A stretch of 64,000 nucleotides of DNA. It comes from Flavobacteriales bacterium UBA7690 (GTDB taxonomy: Bacteria > Bacteroidota > Bacteroidia > Flavobacteriales_F > PHOS-HE28). The notes under the pieces are model-generated. The model had not been told where the DNA came from. It saw only the letters and a program-made list of their open reading frames with translations, and searched no databases. Shown one piece after another: positions 38,085-47,728 of this stretch. Numbering within the stretch: position 1 is the first letter of the stretch; every line of letters begins with the position of its first letter. The position numbers were made by a program, and so were the translations under genes. The DNA is taken from positions 47,789-111,788 of the forward strand of contig DLGQ01000109.1 in NCBI GenBank assembly GCA_002482775.1, given 5' to 3'.

Positions 38085-39097
38085 AAGCCTGGACCCTCAC
38101 CGCGCATGGCGATCCGCAAAAGGTGTTCGCCTTGCGCGACCATACGAAGCCGGTGCCCAAGGCTGACGAGATCCTTGTGGCCTGCGAAGGGTTCGGCCTC
38201 AACTATGCCGATGTGATGGCGAGCAAGGGTCTGTACCGCGAAGCACCACCTGTGCCGAGCATCCTGGGCTACGAAGTGGTCGGGCGTATAGAGGCTGCCG
38301 GTGCTGGTGTTCCGCAAGCACTCCTCGGCAAGCGCGTGGTGGGCATGACCCGCTTCGGCGGCTACGCGCAGTATGCGGTCACCGATCATCGTGCGGTGGC
38401 CATCATCCCGGAAGATCTTGAACTCGGCAAAGCCGCAGCACTGGCCACACAAGGTTGCACCGCTTGGTATGCCGCACATCTGTTGTGCCCGTTGCGCACG
38501 GGCCAGCGTGTTCTCGTACACAGTGCGGCGGGTGGCGTTGGTCATCTGCTGGTGCAACTGGCACTGCGTGCGGGTTGCGAAGTGTTCGCCATTGCAAGCG
38601 GAAGCGCCAAAGTGGAGTACCTCCGTTCACTGGGTGTACAGCACGTCATCGATCGTGCGGATGGTGATCATGCAACGCAACTGCAGCGCATGCTCCAAGG
38701 TGCAAAGCTCGATGTGGTCTTCAATGCCGTGGGTGGCTCCTCGTTCAAGAAGGATATGCGGCTGCTGGGCAGTGGTGGACGCATCGTGTTATTTGGTGGT
38801 GCCGAGCGTGGTGGTATCGGAATGTTCGGCACGTTGCGTTTCGTCTGGCGCATGGGGCTTGTGGTGCCGATCCTCTTGATGATGAAGAGCCGCTCCATCC
38901 TGGGATTGAACATGCTGCGTATCGCCGAGGATCGTCCGCAGGATATCGCCGAATGCCTGCGCAACATGGTGGTCGCATGTGCCGAAGGGCACCTCGTACC
39001 GCGCGTGCATTCCGTGTACGATGCGAATGACCTGCCACGCGCGATCGCCGACCTGGACGGCGGCACCACGATGGGCAAGCTCGTTGTGCGCTGGTGA
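38081..39097 (+). CDS. MDR family NADPH:quinone oxidoreductase (VAT-1-like)
   Basis: GLNYAD, GYEVVG, HSAAGGVG, GKLVV; GTG start. Confidence 0.9.
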   Translation: MKAWTLTAHGDPQKVFALRDHTKPVPKADEILVACEGFGLNYADVMASKGLYREAPPVPSILGYEVVGRIEAAGAGVPQALLGKRVVGMTRFGGYAQYAVTDHRAVAIIPEDLELGKAAALATQGCTAWYAAHLLCPLRTGQRVLVHSAAGGVGHLLVQLALRAGCEVFAIASGSAKVEYLRSLGVQHVIDRADGDHATQLQRMLQGAKLDVVFNAVGGSSFKKDMRLLGSGGRIVLFGGAERGGIGMFGTLRFVWRMGLVVPILLMMKSRSILGLNMLRIAEDRPQDIAECLRNMVVACAEGHLVPRVHSVYDANDLPRAIADLDGGTTMGKLVVRW

Positions 39098-39252
39098 TCA
39101 TCGGTTGAACCATCCATCCAGTTCAGCTGGGACAAGTAGTGCTGCGCAGGCGACCGAAGGTTGTGCCTGTGTTCAACGGAGGGCCCGTCCCCCTAAGGAT
39201 GCCGGTAGGTTTGCTCCAGCTAAGGACCCATCACTTCCGCGGCACCACGAAC

Positions 39253-40272
39253 ATGATCCGCACGACTCCACGCAACCTCTTCGGTTTGTCCATCTTGTTC
39301 ATCGGGACCATGGCGCAACCCATCTCTGCCGGAGCACAAGGGGTGGTACAAGCCGACGTACTGCCTCTCATGGGAGACTCCTGGCACATGCGGGCTCTCC
39401 AAATGTTGCCGCCCGAAGTGACGCTCGGGCACGATATGGTTTGGCCTTACAGCAACGTAGTGGGGAACGACCTTTTCGGCACGACGCATACGGTGATGGA
39501 GCCGGAGCCCATCGCAGGAAGTGCGGCGTATCCGGATGCTGACCGAGCTATACGTACCGTACCGGACAATGGCTCGGCTACCACATACACGTTCTACGAT
39601 GTTCGGGAGAACGGTTGTTCGGACCTCGGGTCCATGGGTGGAGCGACCTCCACGGTCTATCAACCGGGCGCCTTAGCGCATGCTTACCCGCTGGAGCTGG
39701 GAGAACAAGTCTCGTCGGCGTTCTGTTATACCACCACCAACGCTGGAGGTACGGCCGACTTCTGTGGATCGGCCGTTGTTTCCTTGGTCGCGACAGGGAC
39801 ATTGGAACTTTCTTTCGGCACGTTCCACGATGTACAACTGCTCACCATGCGCAAAGCCGCCGCATCGTCGCCCGATGGTACCGATTCGCTCATCACCATC
39901 ATCAGGGATTGGTACGCGCCTGGTATCCCATATCCATTGTTGCACTTCACCACCTTCATCAACGCCGAAGGAGGTATCACGCGAACTGGGCAGATCCTGG
40001 ACGAAACCGCTTTGGTGGGGATTGCTGAGCCCCTGCGCATGAGCACCCTTCCGGTGTTCCCCAATCCCACGTCAGGGCCGGTCACCATCGCCACCCAAGG
40101 CTCTGGGATGCTCCAAGTGAACAGTGCGGACGGAAGGCTCGTGCGCTCCATCGCGCTCACCTCCTCCGACCTGAGGAACATCGACCTCAGCGACCTGCCT
40201 GATGGTGTCTATTCCCTCTTCTTCCACGGACCGGAAGAGTTGCGTTCGACGAAGGTGGTCGTCGCGCATTGA
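39253..40272 (+). CDS. T9SS type A sorting domain protein
   Basis: Signal ending AGAQ; VFPNPT...LSDLPDGVYSL CTD; TAGGTTTG box at 39206. Confidence 0.85.
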   Translation: MIRTTPRNLFGLSILFIGTMAQPISAGAQGVVQADVLPLMGDSWHMRALQMLPPEVTLGHDMVWPYSNVVGNDLFGTTHTVMEPEPIAGSAAYPDADRAIRTVPDNGSATTYTFYDVRENGCSDLGSMGGATSTVYQPGALAHAYPLELGEQVSSAFCYTTTNAGGTADFCGSAVVSLVATGTLELSFGTFHDVQLLTMRKAAASSPDGTDSLITIIRDWYAPGIPYPLLHFTTFINAEGGITRTGQILDETALVGIAEPLRMSTLPVFPNPTSGPVTIATQGSGMLQVNSADGRLVRSIALTSSDLRNIDLSDLPDGVYSLFFHGPEELRSTKVVVAH

Positions 40273-40397
40273 TCATCCGTGGTGACGCGCCCCCGGTATC
40301 GCCTTCCGCAACAGGGTGTCCGGGGGCGTTGTCGTGGTTGATTTCGCCTCGAACACCCCAACCGTTCGTCCCGCGATGAGGACGCCGCTGTGACGGA

Positions 40398-40405
40398 TAG
40401 TTTTG
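40398..40405 (+). promoter_or_regulatory. -7 promoter box TAGTTTTG
   Basis: TAnnTTTG 7 bp upstream of the tricorn ATG. Confidence 0.55.
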
Positions 40406-40412
40406 CCCCACC

Positions 40413-43400
40413 ATGAATCACCACTTGAAACGGATCCTTCCATTACTCGCGTTGGTCGCCGCCGATGCCTCCGCGCAGAACGAACCGCTCTGGTTGCGCA
40501 GTTCGGCCATCAGCCCGGACGGCAGCACCATCGCCTTCACCTACCAAGGCGATATCTGGCGCGTACCAGCGGCCGGTGGCGATGCAACGCCCTTGACCAC
40601 CAACGACGCCTACGATTACGCACCGGTGTGGAGCCACGATGGGCGCACCATCGCCTTCGCCAGCACACGCTATGGTGGTGCTGATGTGTTCGTGATGGGA
40701 GCCATGGGCGGCGCTCCCACGCGGCTCACGTTCCACAGCAACGGCGAGATCCCCACGGATTTCTCGCGCGACGATGCAAACGTGATCTTCTACGGCACAC
40801 GGCAAGATGATGTGAAGCACCAGCAATTCCCGGTCGGTGGTTTCGGTGAACTCTACACGGTTCCGGTGAAGGGTGGACGCCCCATGCAGGTAAGCACCAT
40901 CGCCATGCAGAACGCGCGGTACAACCCCGCAGGCACCGTGCTCGCGTTCCAGGACCGCAAAGGCTACGAGGATCCGTTGCGCAAGCACCACACCAGCAGC
41001 GTAACGCGCGACATCTGGACCTACGACACGGCGAACAAGACGTACAAGCAGCTCTCCACCTTCGCTGGTGAAGACCGCAGCCCTGTGTGGAGCAAGGATG
41101 GAAGCACGCTCTACTACCTCAGCGAGGAGAGCGGATCGTACAACGTACACAAGATGCCCGCCGCTGGTGGAGCCAACACGCAGGTCAGCCGCCTGACCGA
41201 TCACCCGGTGCGTTACCTCAGCATGAGCGACAACGGCCTGCTGTGCTTCAGCTACCGTGGCGAGCTCTACACCATGACCGATGGCAGCGAGCCGAAGAAG
41301 GTCGTGATCCGCATCAACAGCGATGGCCGCTACAACCCGGAGAAGACCATCAGCGTGAACAACGCCAGCGAGTACGAGGTCAGCAGCAACGGCAAGGAAG
41401 TGGTCTTCATCCACCGCGGTGAAGTGTTCGTCTCCTCCGTGGCCGAAGGCACTACGCGCCGGATCACCAACACACCGGAGCAGGAGCGCAACGTCAGCTT
41501 CAGCCCCGATGGCCGCACCATCCTCTACGCCTCTGAACGCAACGGCAGCTGGGACCTGTACACCACCAGCCTCACGCGCAAAGAGGAGAAATACTTCTTC
41601 AACGGAACGGTGCTGAAGGAAGAAGCGCTGCTGAATACACCAGCCGAAGAGTTCCAACCGTACTACTCACCCGACGGAAAAGAGGTGGCGTATTTGGAAG
41701 AGCGCACCACATTGAAGGTGCTCAACATCGCCAGCAAACAAACGCGCACGGTGGTGTCCGGCGACAAGAACTACAGCTACAGCGATGGTGATCAGTGGTA
41801 CGAGTGGAGCCCCGACAGCAAGTGGTTCGTGGTGAACTTCCTGCACGAGCAACAGTGGATCGGGCAAGTGGGCATCGTGAAAGCAACCGGCACCGAACCC
41901 ATCATCGACCTCACCCGCAGCGGCTACGGCGGCTACGCTCCGCGCTGGGCCATGGACGGTAAGGCCATCGTGTACATGAGCGATCGTGACGGCATGAAGA
42001 ACCACGCCAGCTGGGGTGGCCAAGGCGATGCCTACGCGTTCTTCCTCACGCAGGAAGCCTACGACAAGTTCAAGTTGAACAAGGAAGAAGCCGCATTGGC
42101 GAAAGAAGATGAGGACAAGAAGAACGGCGAGGACGAAGAGCTGACCGAAGAGGAGAAGAAGAAGAAAGAGAAGGAGGACAAGAAGAAGAAAGAAGCCGAG
42201 GAGAAGGACAAGAAGGTCGAAGCGATCACCATCGAGTTGGAAGGTCTGCAAGAGCGTCGCTTGCGCCTTACGCCGAACTCCAGCTTCCTCAGCGGTGCGG
42301 TGTTGAGCAAGGACGGTGAGAAGGTGTGGTACTTCGCTGCGTTCGAAAAAGGAACCGACCTGTGGCAGTACGAAGTGCGCACGCGTGAGACGAAGATCCT
42401 CAACAAGATGGGCGATGGCTGGGCCGGTGGCCTCATGCTGGACAAGGAGGGCAAGAAGCTCTTCTACATCGCCAACGGTAGCATCAGCTACTACGACACG
42501 GAGAAGAACGAGAACAAGAGCGTGGGCATCAACGGCGATATGCTGTTGAACGAAGGAGCGGAACGCGCGTACCTCTACGAACACATCTGGCGCCAGGTGA
42601 AGAAGAAGTTCTACCGCGTGGATCTGCAAGGTGTGGATTGGGACAAGTACAAGGCCGAGTACCAGCGTTACCTGCCGCACATCAACAACAACCACGACAT
42701 GGCCGAGCTCTGCAGCGAACTCCTCGGTGAGCTCAATGCCAGCCACACCGGCGCGGGTTATGGCGGTGATGAAGTGCCGAACGGTGACGAGACCGCCTGC
42801 CTCGGCTTGCTATACACCAACGATGCAGGCCCCGGATTGAAGATCGCAGAAGTATTGGAGAAAAGTCCGGTGATCAAGAAGGGATCGAAGATCAAAGCCG
42901 GCCATGTCATCGAACAGATCGATGGCCAAGTGATCGAAGCCAACGTGGATCCTGGGCGCTACTTCAACCGGAAGGCCGGCAAACCGATGTTGCTCGGCAT
43001 GCTTGATCCGAAGACCAACACACGGTATGTCGAAACCGTGAAGCCCATCAACTGGTGGGACCAAAGCGAAATGCTCTACAAACGCTGGGTGGAGAATTGC
43101 CGCCACTTGGTAGATAGCCTCAGCGGTGGGCAACTCGGTTACGTCCACGTGCAAGGCATGAACGACGAGAGCTTCCGCGTGGTGTATGAAGAAGCGCTGG
43201 GCCGCTACCACAACAAGAAAGGCCTCGTGGTAGATACACGCTTCAACGGCGGCGGCTGGTTGCACGACGACCTCGCCACCTTCCTGAACGGCAAGACCTA
43301 CATGCAGATGGAGCCGCGCGGACAGAAGCTGGGCACCGAGCCACAGTTCAAATGGCAGAAGCCGAGCGTGGTGGTGATGAGCGAAGGCAACTACAGCGAT

Positions 43401-43670
43401 GCGCACATGTTCCCCGTCACCTACCGCGCCATGGGCATCGGCAAGCTGGTAGGCATGCCTGTTGCAGGCACCGGCACCGCCGTGTGGTGGGAGGGCCTGC
43501 AGAACAACATGTGGTTCGGCATACCGCAAGTGGGCATGATCGACAACAACGGCCAGTACCTGGAGAACCAACAACTGGAACCCGATGTGAAACAGACCCT
43601 CGATCCCGGCGCCGTTAGCCAAGGCCGCGACCAACAACTGGAAGAAGCGGTAAAGGTGCTGATGAAGTAG
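40413..43670 (+). CDS. Tricorn-like protease (S41B) with PD40 beta-propellers and PDZ
   Basis: SPDG repeats, GELNASH, DTRFNGGG, NYSDAH, GTGTAVWW. Confidence 0.95.
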   Translation: MNHHLKRILPLLALVAADASAQNEPLWLRSSAISPDGSTIAFTYQGDIWRVPAAGGDATPLTTNDAYDYAPVWSHDGRTIAFASTRYGGADVFVMGAMGGAPTRLTFHSNGEIPTDFSRDDANVIFYGTRQDDVKHQQFPVGGFGELYTVPVKGGRPMQVSTIAMQNARYNPAGTVLAFQDRKGYEDPLRKHHTSSVTRDIWTYDTANKTYKQLSTFAGEDRSPVWSKDGSTLYYLSEESGSYNVHKMPAAGGANTQVSRLTDHPVRYLSMSDNGLLCFSYRGELYTMTDGSEPKKVVIRINSDGRYNPEKTISVNNASEYEVSSNGKEVVFIHRGEVFVSSVAEGTTRRITNTPEQERNVSFSPDGRTILYASERNGSWDLYTTSLTRKEEKYFFNGTVLKEEALLNTPAEEFQPYYSPDGKEVAYLEERTTLKVLNIASKQTRTVVSGDKNYSYSDGDQWYEWSPDSKWFVVNFLHEQQWIGQVGIVKATGTEPIIDLTRSGYGGYAPRWAMDGKAIVYMSDRDGMKNHASWGGQGDAYAFFLTQEAYDKFKLNKEEAALAKEDEDKKNGEDEELTEEEKKKKEKEDKKKKEAEEKDKKVEAITIELEGLQERRLRLTPNSSFLSGAVLSKDGEKVWYFAAFEKGTDLWQYEVRTRETKILNKMGDGWAGGLMLDKEGKKLFYIANGSISYYDTEKNENKSVGINGDMLLNEGAERAYLYEHIWRQVKKKFYRVDLQGVDWDKYKAEYQRYLPHINNNHDMAELCSELLGELNASHTGAGYGGDEVPNGDETACLGLLYTNDAGPGLKIAEVLEKSPVIKKGSKIKAGHVIEQIDGQVIEANVDPGRYFNRKAGKPMLLGMLDPKTNTRYVETVKPINWWDQSEMLYKRWVENCRHLVDSLSGGQLGYVHVQGMNDESFRVVYEEALGRYHNKKGLVVDTRFNGGGWLHDDLATFLNGKTYMQMEPRGQKLGTEPQFKWQKPSVVVMSEGNYSDAHMFPVTYRAMGIGKLVGMPVAGTGTAVWWEGLQNNMWFGIPQVGMIDNNGQYLENQQLEPDVKQTLDPGAVSQGRDQQLEEAVKVLMK

Positions 43671-43693
43671 GGTTGATGTGATCTTTGAATGCG

Positions 43694-43724
43694 AACGAAC
43701 CCCGGCCATTGGTCGGGGTTCGTT
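43694..43724 (+). terminator. Hairpin terminator after the tricorn gene
   Basis: AACGAACCCCGGCC-ATT-GGTCGGGGTTCGTT. Confidence 0.7.
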
Positions 43725-43786
43725 GTACTCGGCCTTTGATAACTTCGGCTTCGTGAGCAATAACGGAAAGAGCCACGAAAGCATAG

Positions 43787-43821
43787 ACCACGGATCGTAG
43801 ATCCGCGGGAGCGGGGCGATC
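43787..43821. repeat. Palindromic repeat family 2, left copy
   Basis: ACCACGGATCGTAGATCCGCGGGAGCGGGGCGATC, 31/35 identical to the reverse complement of 44286-44320. Confidence 0.85.
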
Positions 43822-43845
43822 GGCACCATAAAGCACGATGGCAAG

Positions 43846-44265
43846 TTGTACTACGCACGGCTGCTGAAGGCTCCCATTCTCGGCGTTTATGCAAAAGCCT
43901 TCAGCACTCCGCTTGCGCCACCCTTACTACCCAAACTCGCTCATCTACCGTTTGCTTTTGAGGTGCCGATCCATGTTGGTGTAATCGGGAAGGGGAAGTT
44001 CGAGGTCGCAGAAAAGAACCCGTTGTTGCAATCCGACATCGACAAGATGAAGCCACAATACTGGCAGGACATAGATGATCTTGCGAACTGTGTTATTGTT
44101 TATCCAGATGGTTCAGAGAGGAAGGCCGCTCCTGAAGAATGCATCGGACTTGAAGCACTTGGCGCTTGGAATCATATCCATATTCTTTGGTATATAGACA
44201 AGGACTTCAACGGCATCCCCAACCCAACGCTCGACTACACGAAAGTGAAGTTGTCCAAGAAGTAG
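43846..44265 (+). CDS. Imm26-like immunity protein, possibly 5'-truncated
   Basis: DGKLYYARLL...ERKAAPEECIGLEALGAW...GIPN matches my recollection of Imm26 proteins; only a TTG start; AT-richer than its neighbours. Confidence 0.65.
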   Translation: MYYARLLKAPILGVYAKAFSTPLAPPLLPKLAHLPFAFEVPIHVGVIGKGKFEVAEKNPLLQSDIDKMKPQYWQDIDDLANCVIVYPDGSERKAAPEECIGLEALGAWNHIHILWYIDKDFNGIPNPTLDYTKVKLSKK

Positions 44266-44285
44266 CCCGGCAGACCCCGAACAAG

Positions 44286-44320
44286 GATCCCCACGCTACC
44301 GCGGATCTGCGATCCGTGGT
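44286..44320. repeat. Palindromic repeat family 2, right (inverted) copy
   Basis: GATCCCCACGCTACCGCGGATCTGCGATCCGTGGT. Confidence 0.85.
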
Positions 44321-44405
44321 TCCATTTGCTAGACTATACCGATGTCTCCTGCCGATCTATGATCGGCCATAGTTAGCTTCGATTTAGTGATCTGCAACTA
44401 CAAGA

Positions 44406-44425
44406 CCTGCCTGCCGGAAGGCAGG
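44406..44425. repeat. 20-bp palindromic element CCTGCCTGCCGGAAGGCAGG
   Basis: Near-perfect palindrome; its reverse complement is 17/20 identical to 7801-7820. Confidence 0.7.
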
Positions 44426-44542
44426 TCTACGACCAGACGGACCTGCACTACCTGATCTACGCGACGGTCGTTTGGTTGGATGTGCTGACACATACATGAT
44501 GCTATCATGTGATAGCATCAAAAGCAGGACTACGGAACATCA

Positions 44543-45271
44543 CTACTTCCCGAACACCTTCTTCAACAGATCACTAGTGCGTGCCATGGGGTCTTGGCGG
44601 ATCTTGGCTTCCTCTTGCGCGATGAGGGTGAAGAGCCCATCGATCGCTTTCTGGGTGATGTAAGCATCCAGGTCGGGATCCACGGCTTTGGCACCGGTGA
44701 GCATGCCTGCTTTATTGTAGCCATTGACCAACGGTGTCCAGTAGCTGGTCAACGCCACCTTCTGTGTACTATTCGCCACGATGGGTGCGAATTTCTCCCG
44801 CAGGCTTGCGGAGGTCTGTTTGGTGAGGTAGTCCGTGGCGGCACGATCACCACCTTTCAGGATAGCGAAACCGTCGCCCACGCTCATCCCAGTAACAGCG
44901 TCGCGCAGGATGGGCAGTGCTTCTTTCGCGGCATCTTCCGCCGCACGGTTCATCGTCATCTCGAACTCCTCCACCTGTTTGGTCATCCCGATCTTCACCA
45001 ACGTGGTCTTCATCTTCTCGGCTTCCGGTGGGAAGGCGATACTGATCAACTCGTTCTTCCAGAAGCCATCCAACGAAGAGCCTTTCAGCACCGAGCTTTC
45101 CGCGCCTTTGCCCAACGCCTCCTTCAGGCCGGAGATCACCTCATCGTTGCTGAGGCCACTGGCACCACCACCTTTCACCTTATCGGCGATCCCTTTCAAC
45201 GAGCCGGGTATCTGGGCGTGAAGCGGGGTGAGAAGTAGGAGAGCGAGTGAAAGTGTGAGCAGCTGTTTCAT
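44543..45271 (-). CDS. DUF4197 family protein
   Basis: GLKEAL, MNRAAEDA, AATDYL, DGLF.LIAQEEAKIRQDP.ARTSDLLKKVF. Confidence 0.9.
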   Translation of the reverse strand: MKQLLTLSLALLLLTPLHAQIPGSLKGIADKVKGGGASGLSNDEVISGLKEALGKGAESSVLKGSSLDGFWKNELISIAFPPEAEKMKTTLVKIGMTKQVEEFEMTMNRAAEDAAKEALPILRDAVTGMSVGDGFAILKGGDRAATDYLTKQTSASLREKFAPIVANSTQKVALTSYWTPLVNGYNKAGMLTGAKAVDPDLDAYITQKAIDGLFTLIAQEEAKIRQDPMARTSDLLKKVFGK

Positions 45272-45334
45272 ACGGAGGTGCGTTCGTGAGCGCGAAGGTG
45301 GCCCAAAGAACGTGCCGCATCCGGGTGCGATCAT

Positions 45335-45803
45335 TCAATGGCCGAAATGGTAGCCCATCGCGATGGTCACATCCCAAGGCTTCTGCTGGATCTGCACGTT
45401 GGGGTTGCGTTCCAAGTTCTCCAGGTCATCCTCATACGCCTGCGGCCGTTGTGGAAGGAGCACTTGTATGCTGAAGAAGCGCTCTGGCTTGTGCCGACCG
45501 TGCAGTTCCAGGCCTACGCCGATGGTGGTGCCGTAGTACATTTCGTCGTAACGATCGGTGCCTTGGATCATGATCGCCACGTTGTAGCCGTACATCCCTG
45601 TTATGAACGGACACACCGGTGATGAGGGCATGATCCGGATGCAGGCACCGAGGTTGTACATCATCCCCACCAAGGCATATCCGCCGCCAGCGAAGATGCT
45701 ATGTTGCTGGGCTGGTCGCGCTGCGAGTTGACCCTTGCGCATGCTGGGGTTCTTGGGCCACCAGCCGCAATGGAAGTAGGAAGGCGAGGAGCACCACCCG
45801 CAT
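45335..45803 (-). pseudogene. Frameshifted outer-membrane beta-barrel-like gene
   Basis: Signal MRVVLLAFLLPLRLVAQ (ATG 45803) stops at 45699; the barrel-like body SIFAGGGYALVG...MGYHF is in another frame. Confidence 0.6.
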
Positions 45804-45828
45804 ACGGGAAAGGTCCACTTGGACCCGC

Positions 45829-47010
45829 TCACCGCACCTGCAACACCTTTCCTTCCTCCACCCAGTTCTGTGGATCGATGCCAAGTTCACCACCGGGCAC
45901 GGACCAGCGCAGTGCCACCACACCGATCACGGGCTGGCCATGGTGCATGGTGCGGAAGACCGGATCGCCTTTATCCTCTTCGTACACGTACGTCCACTCT
46001 TGCGGCTTATCGTTCAAGGTGATGCGTTGTTGAAGCACCGGGCAGAAAACGCCTTCTCGTTCAGGCGTGGCCCAGACGAACGTGCCAGCTTGAAGTCCAT
46101 GATCCAGGATATCCGCTGTCAGTGATCCTTCCGGCGGCAAACGATAAAAGTCCCAACCCTCACCGCTCGCATCACGCTTCATCAGGAACGCAGCTCCAGG
46201 TGCGGGTGAAACTCCACGGACGTAGTAGCCGAGGTCATCGGCATCCACACCAGTGCGTTCAATGCCGATGATCAGTACATCATCGTTCTCATCGAAGGTG
46301 AGGTCCACGCGTTCGATCGGCGGTATCCCCGGCGGTATCACGATCGGTGGTTCCGAAGGTTCATGTCCGAAAGAGAACGGATCTTCTACAGGTGGCAGCG
46401 GTGGAGGCGGATCACCTGCTTTTCCGAAGTCGCGGTGTACGTTCAAGACTTCCTTCGTAGTAATGCTGATGCATCCGGAAGACACCGCGAACGAAATGGT
46501 GAATGCTGCGATGCGTGCTTTTCCGTTCGTCACACTGCGCAAGATCATGGTGCCGTCGGCATACTCACCCGTGCCATACCACCCGGCCATATCCTTGGTG
46601 ATCCCTGGTCCGTAGGCCTGTTGCAACAACCGGAACTCGCGTGGCTGTTCGGAGGGCGTCCATTGCAGTTGTTTGAAGTGGAAGTTCTTCGCCAAAGCGG
46701 CCGTATCGATGGAAGCACCATCATCGAGGATGTAGTACCCGTAGTTGTTGTGGGTGCTCCAAGAAAGCAGGGATGTGCCCGGCAATGTGCGCACATGGCG
46801 GCGATACCAGCCGAATAAGCCTTGTTCAGGATCCGGCGTGGGGTCCAGTACACTGGTGATCACCAGATCCGGGGTGCCATCTCCGGTCACATCGATATGT
46901 TCATCGGGCGTGATGCCGGGAACGATCGGCGCATCAAGTGGGCAAGGCTGTTGGGCGGCGCTGGATGCGGCGAATAGAAGGCCGAAGACACCTAAAATGC
47001 GAATGCTCAT
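45829..47010 (-). CDS. Hypothetical exported protein with two repeated domains
   Basis: Signal ending SAAQ; IDVTGDGTPDL and VDLTFDENDDV repeats. Confidence 0.75.
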   Translation of the reverse strand: MSIRILGVFGLLFAASSAAQQPCPLDAPIVPGITPDEHIDVTGDGTPDLVITSVLDPTPDPEQGLFGWYRRHVRTLPGTSLLSWSTHNNYGYYILDDGASIDTAALAKNFHFKQLQWTPSEQPREFRLLQQAYGPGITKDMAGWYGTGEYADGTMILRSVTNGKARIAAFTISFAVSSGCISITTKEVLNVHRDFGKAGDPPPPLPPVEDPFSFGHEPSEPPIVIPPGIPPIERVDLTFDENDDVLIIGIERTGVDADDLGYYVRGVSPAPGAAFLMKRDASGEGWDFYRLPPEGSLTADILDHGLQAGTFVWATPEREGVFCPVLQQRITLNDKPQEWTYVYEEDKGDPVFRTMHHGQPVIGVVALRWSVPGGELGIDPQNWVEEGKVLQVR

Positions 47011-47012
47011 GT

Positions 47013-47591
47013 TCATCGAATGACCCACGGACCAACAGTAGGTATCAACTCGATCGCCTTGATCCGGACACTGCGCTGCTCGGTCAGTGGTTCCAAAGTG
47101 ATCGTCCAGGTGCGTGGCTTCTGGGGAATAGTGGTTTGGAGCACGAAGACCTGTCCACTAAGTCCGGGAGTCGATCCGACTGTTCGTACCTGGTTGCCAT
47201 ATCCCCATTGCAGCACATCGATAGACCCGTCGGTAAAAAGGAAATGAGGGATCTGCATGTCGTTCGGGATGCCCTTATCGAACTCCGGAAGGGTGTCGCC
47301 GAACGCGAAGGCGTGGGGTGATCGGTGGCCGTTCCGACCCAAGCTGCACAGCAACGAAGTGCCGGGCAATGTTCGGATGGAACGCATACAGGAGCCGGAG
47401 CTGCTGGGTTCATCTTCCGTGCCCACGGAGCGCCCGTGTACGATCAGATCCGGGATACCATCACCGGAGAGGTCCAAGGTGTCGGTCGGTGGCATTCCGC
47501 ATGGGTCGGTGAAGTGCAATTCGATGTCGCCAGGCTGGGCCGAAGCGGCGAACGCTGCGAAGAGTAGGAACAACAGGATCGTTGTTTTCAT
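47013..47591 (-). CDS. Hypothetical exported protein, single-domain paralog of the downstream gene
   Basis: Signal ending ASAQ; LDLSGDGIPDL...RTLPGTSLL. Confidence 0.75.
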   Translation of the reverse strand: MKTTILLFLLFAAFAASAQPGDIELHFTDPCGMPPTDTLDLSGDGIPDLIVHGRSVGTEDEPSSSGSCMRSIRTLPGTSLLCSLGRNGHRSPHAFAFGDTLPEFDKGIPNDMQIPHFLFTDGSIDVLQWGYGNQVRTVGSTPGLSGQVFVLQTTIPQKPRTWTITLEPLTEQRSVRIKAIELIPTVGPWVIR

Positions 47592-47728
47592 GAGCGTTGA
47601 AGGTGGTATTCAGCGACGAGCAGCTCGGTGCATTTTACTGAATGGGATACAGGGCCTTCCTGAACACCACGGTGCCGTACACCCGGCACGGTTCAAAGTT
47701 CAACCGTTCTGCAGCCGCACGACTTCGC

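Noticed and set aside
40285..40332. GC-rich hairpin after the T9SS gene as an ncRNA
   Set aside because: Single copy, positioned like a terminator or stabilising stem; no recognisable RNA family
42100..42220. GAA/AAG-rich tract as a contingency repeat
   Set aside because: Imperfect; encodes an in-frame Lys/Glu linker of a kind common in tricorn-like proteases
40443..43844. Three long minus-strand ORFs
   Set aside because: Antisense shadows of the tricorn gene
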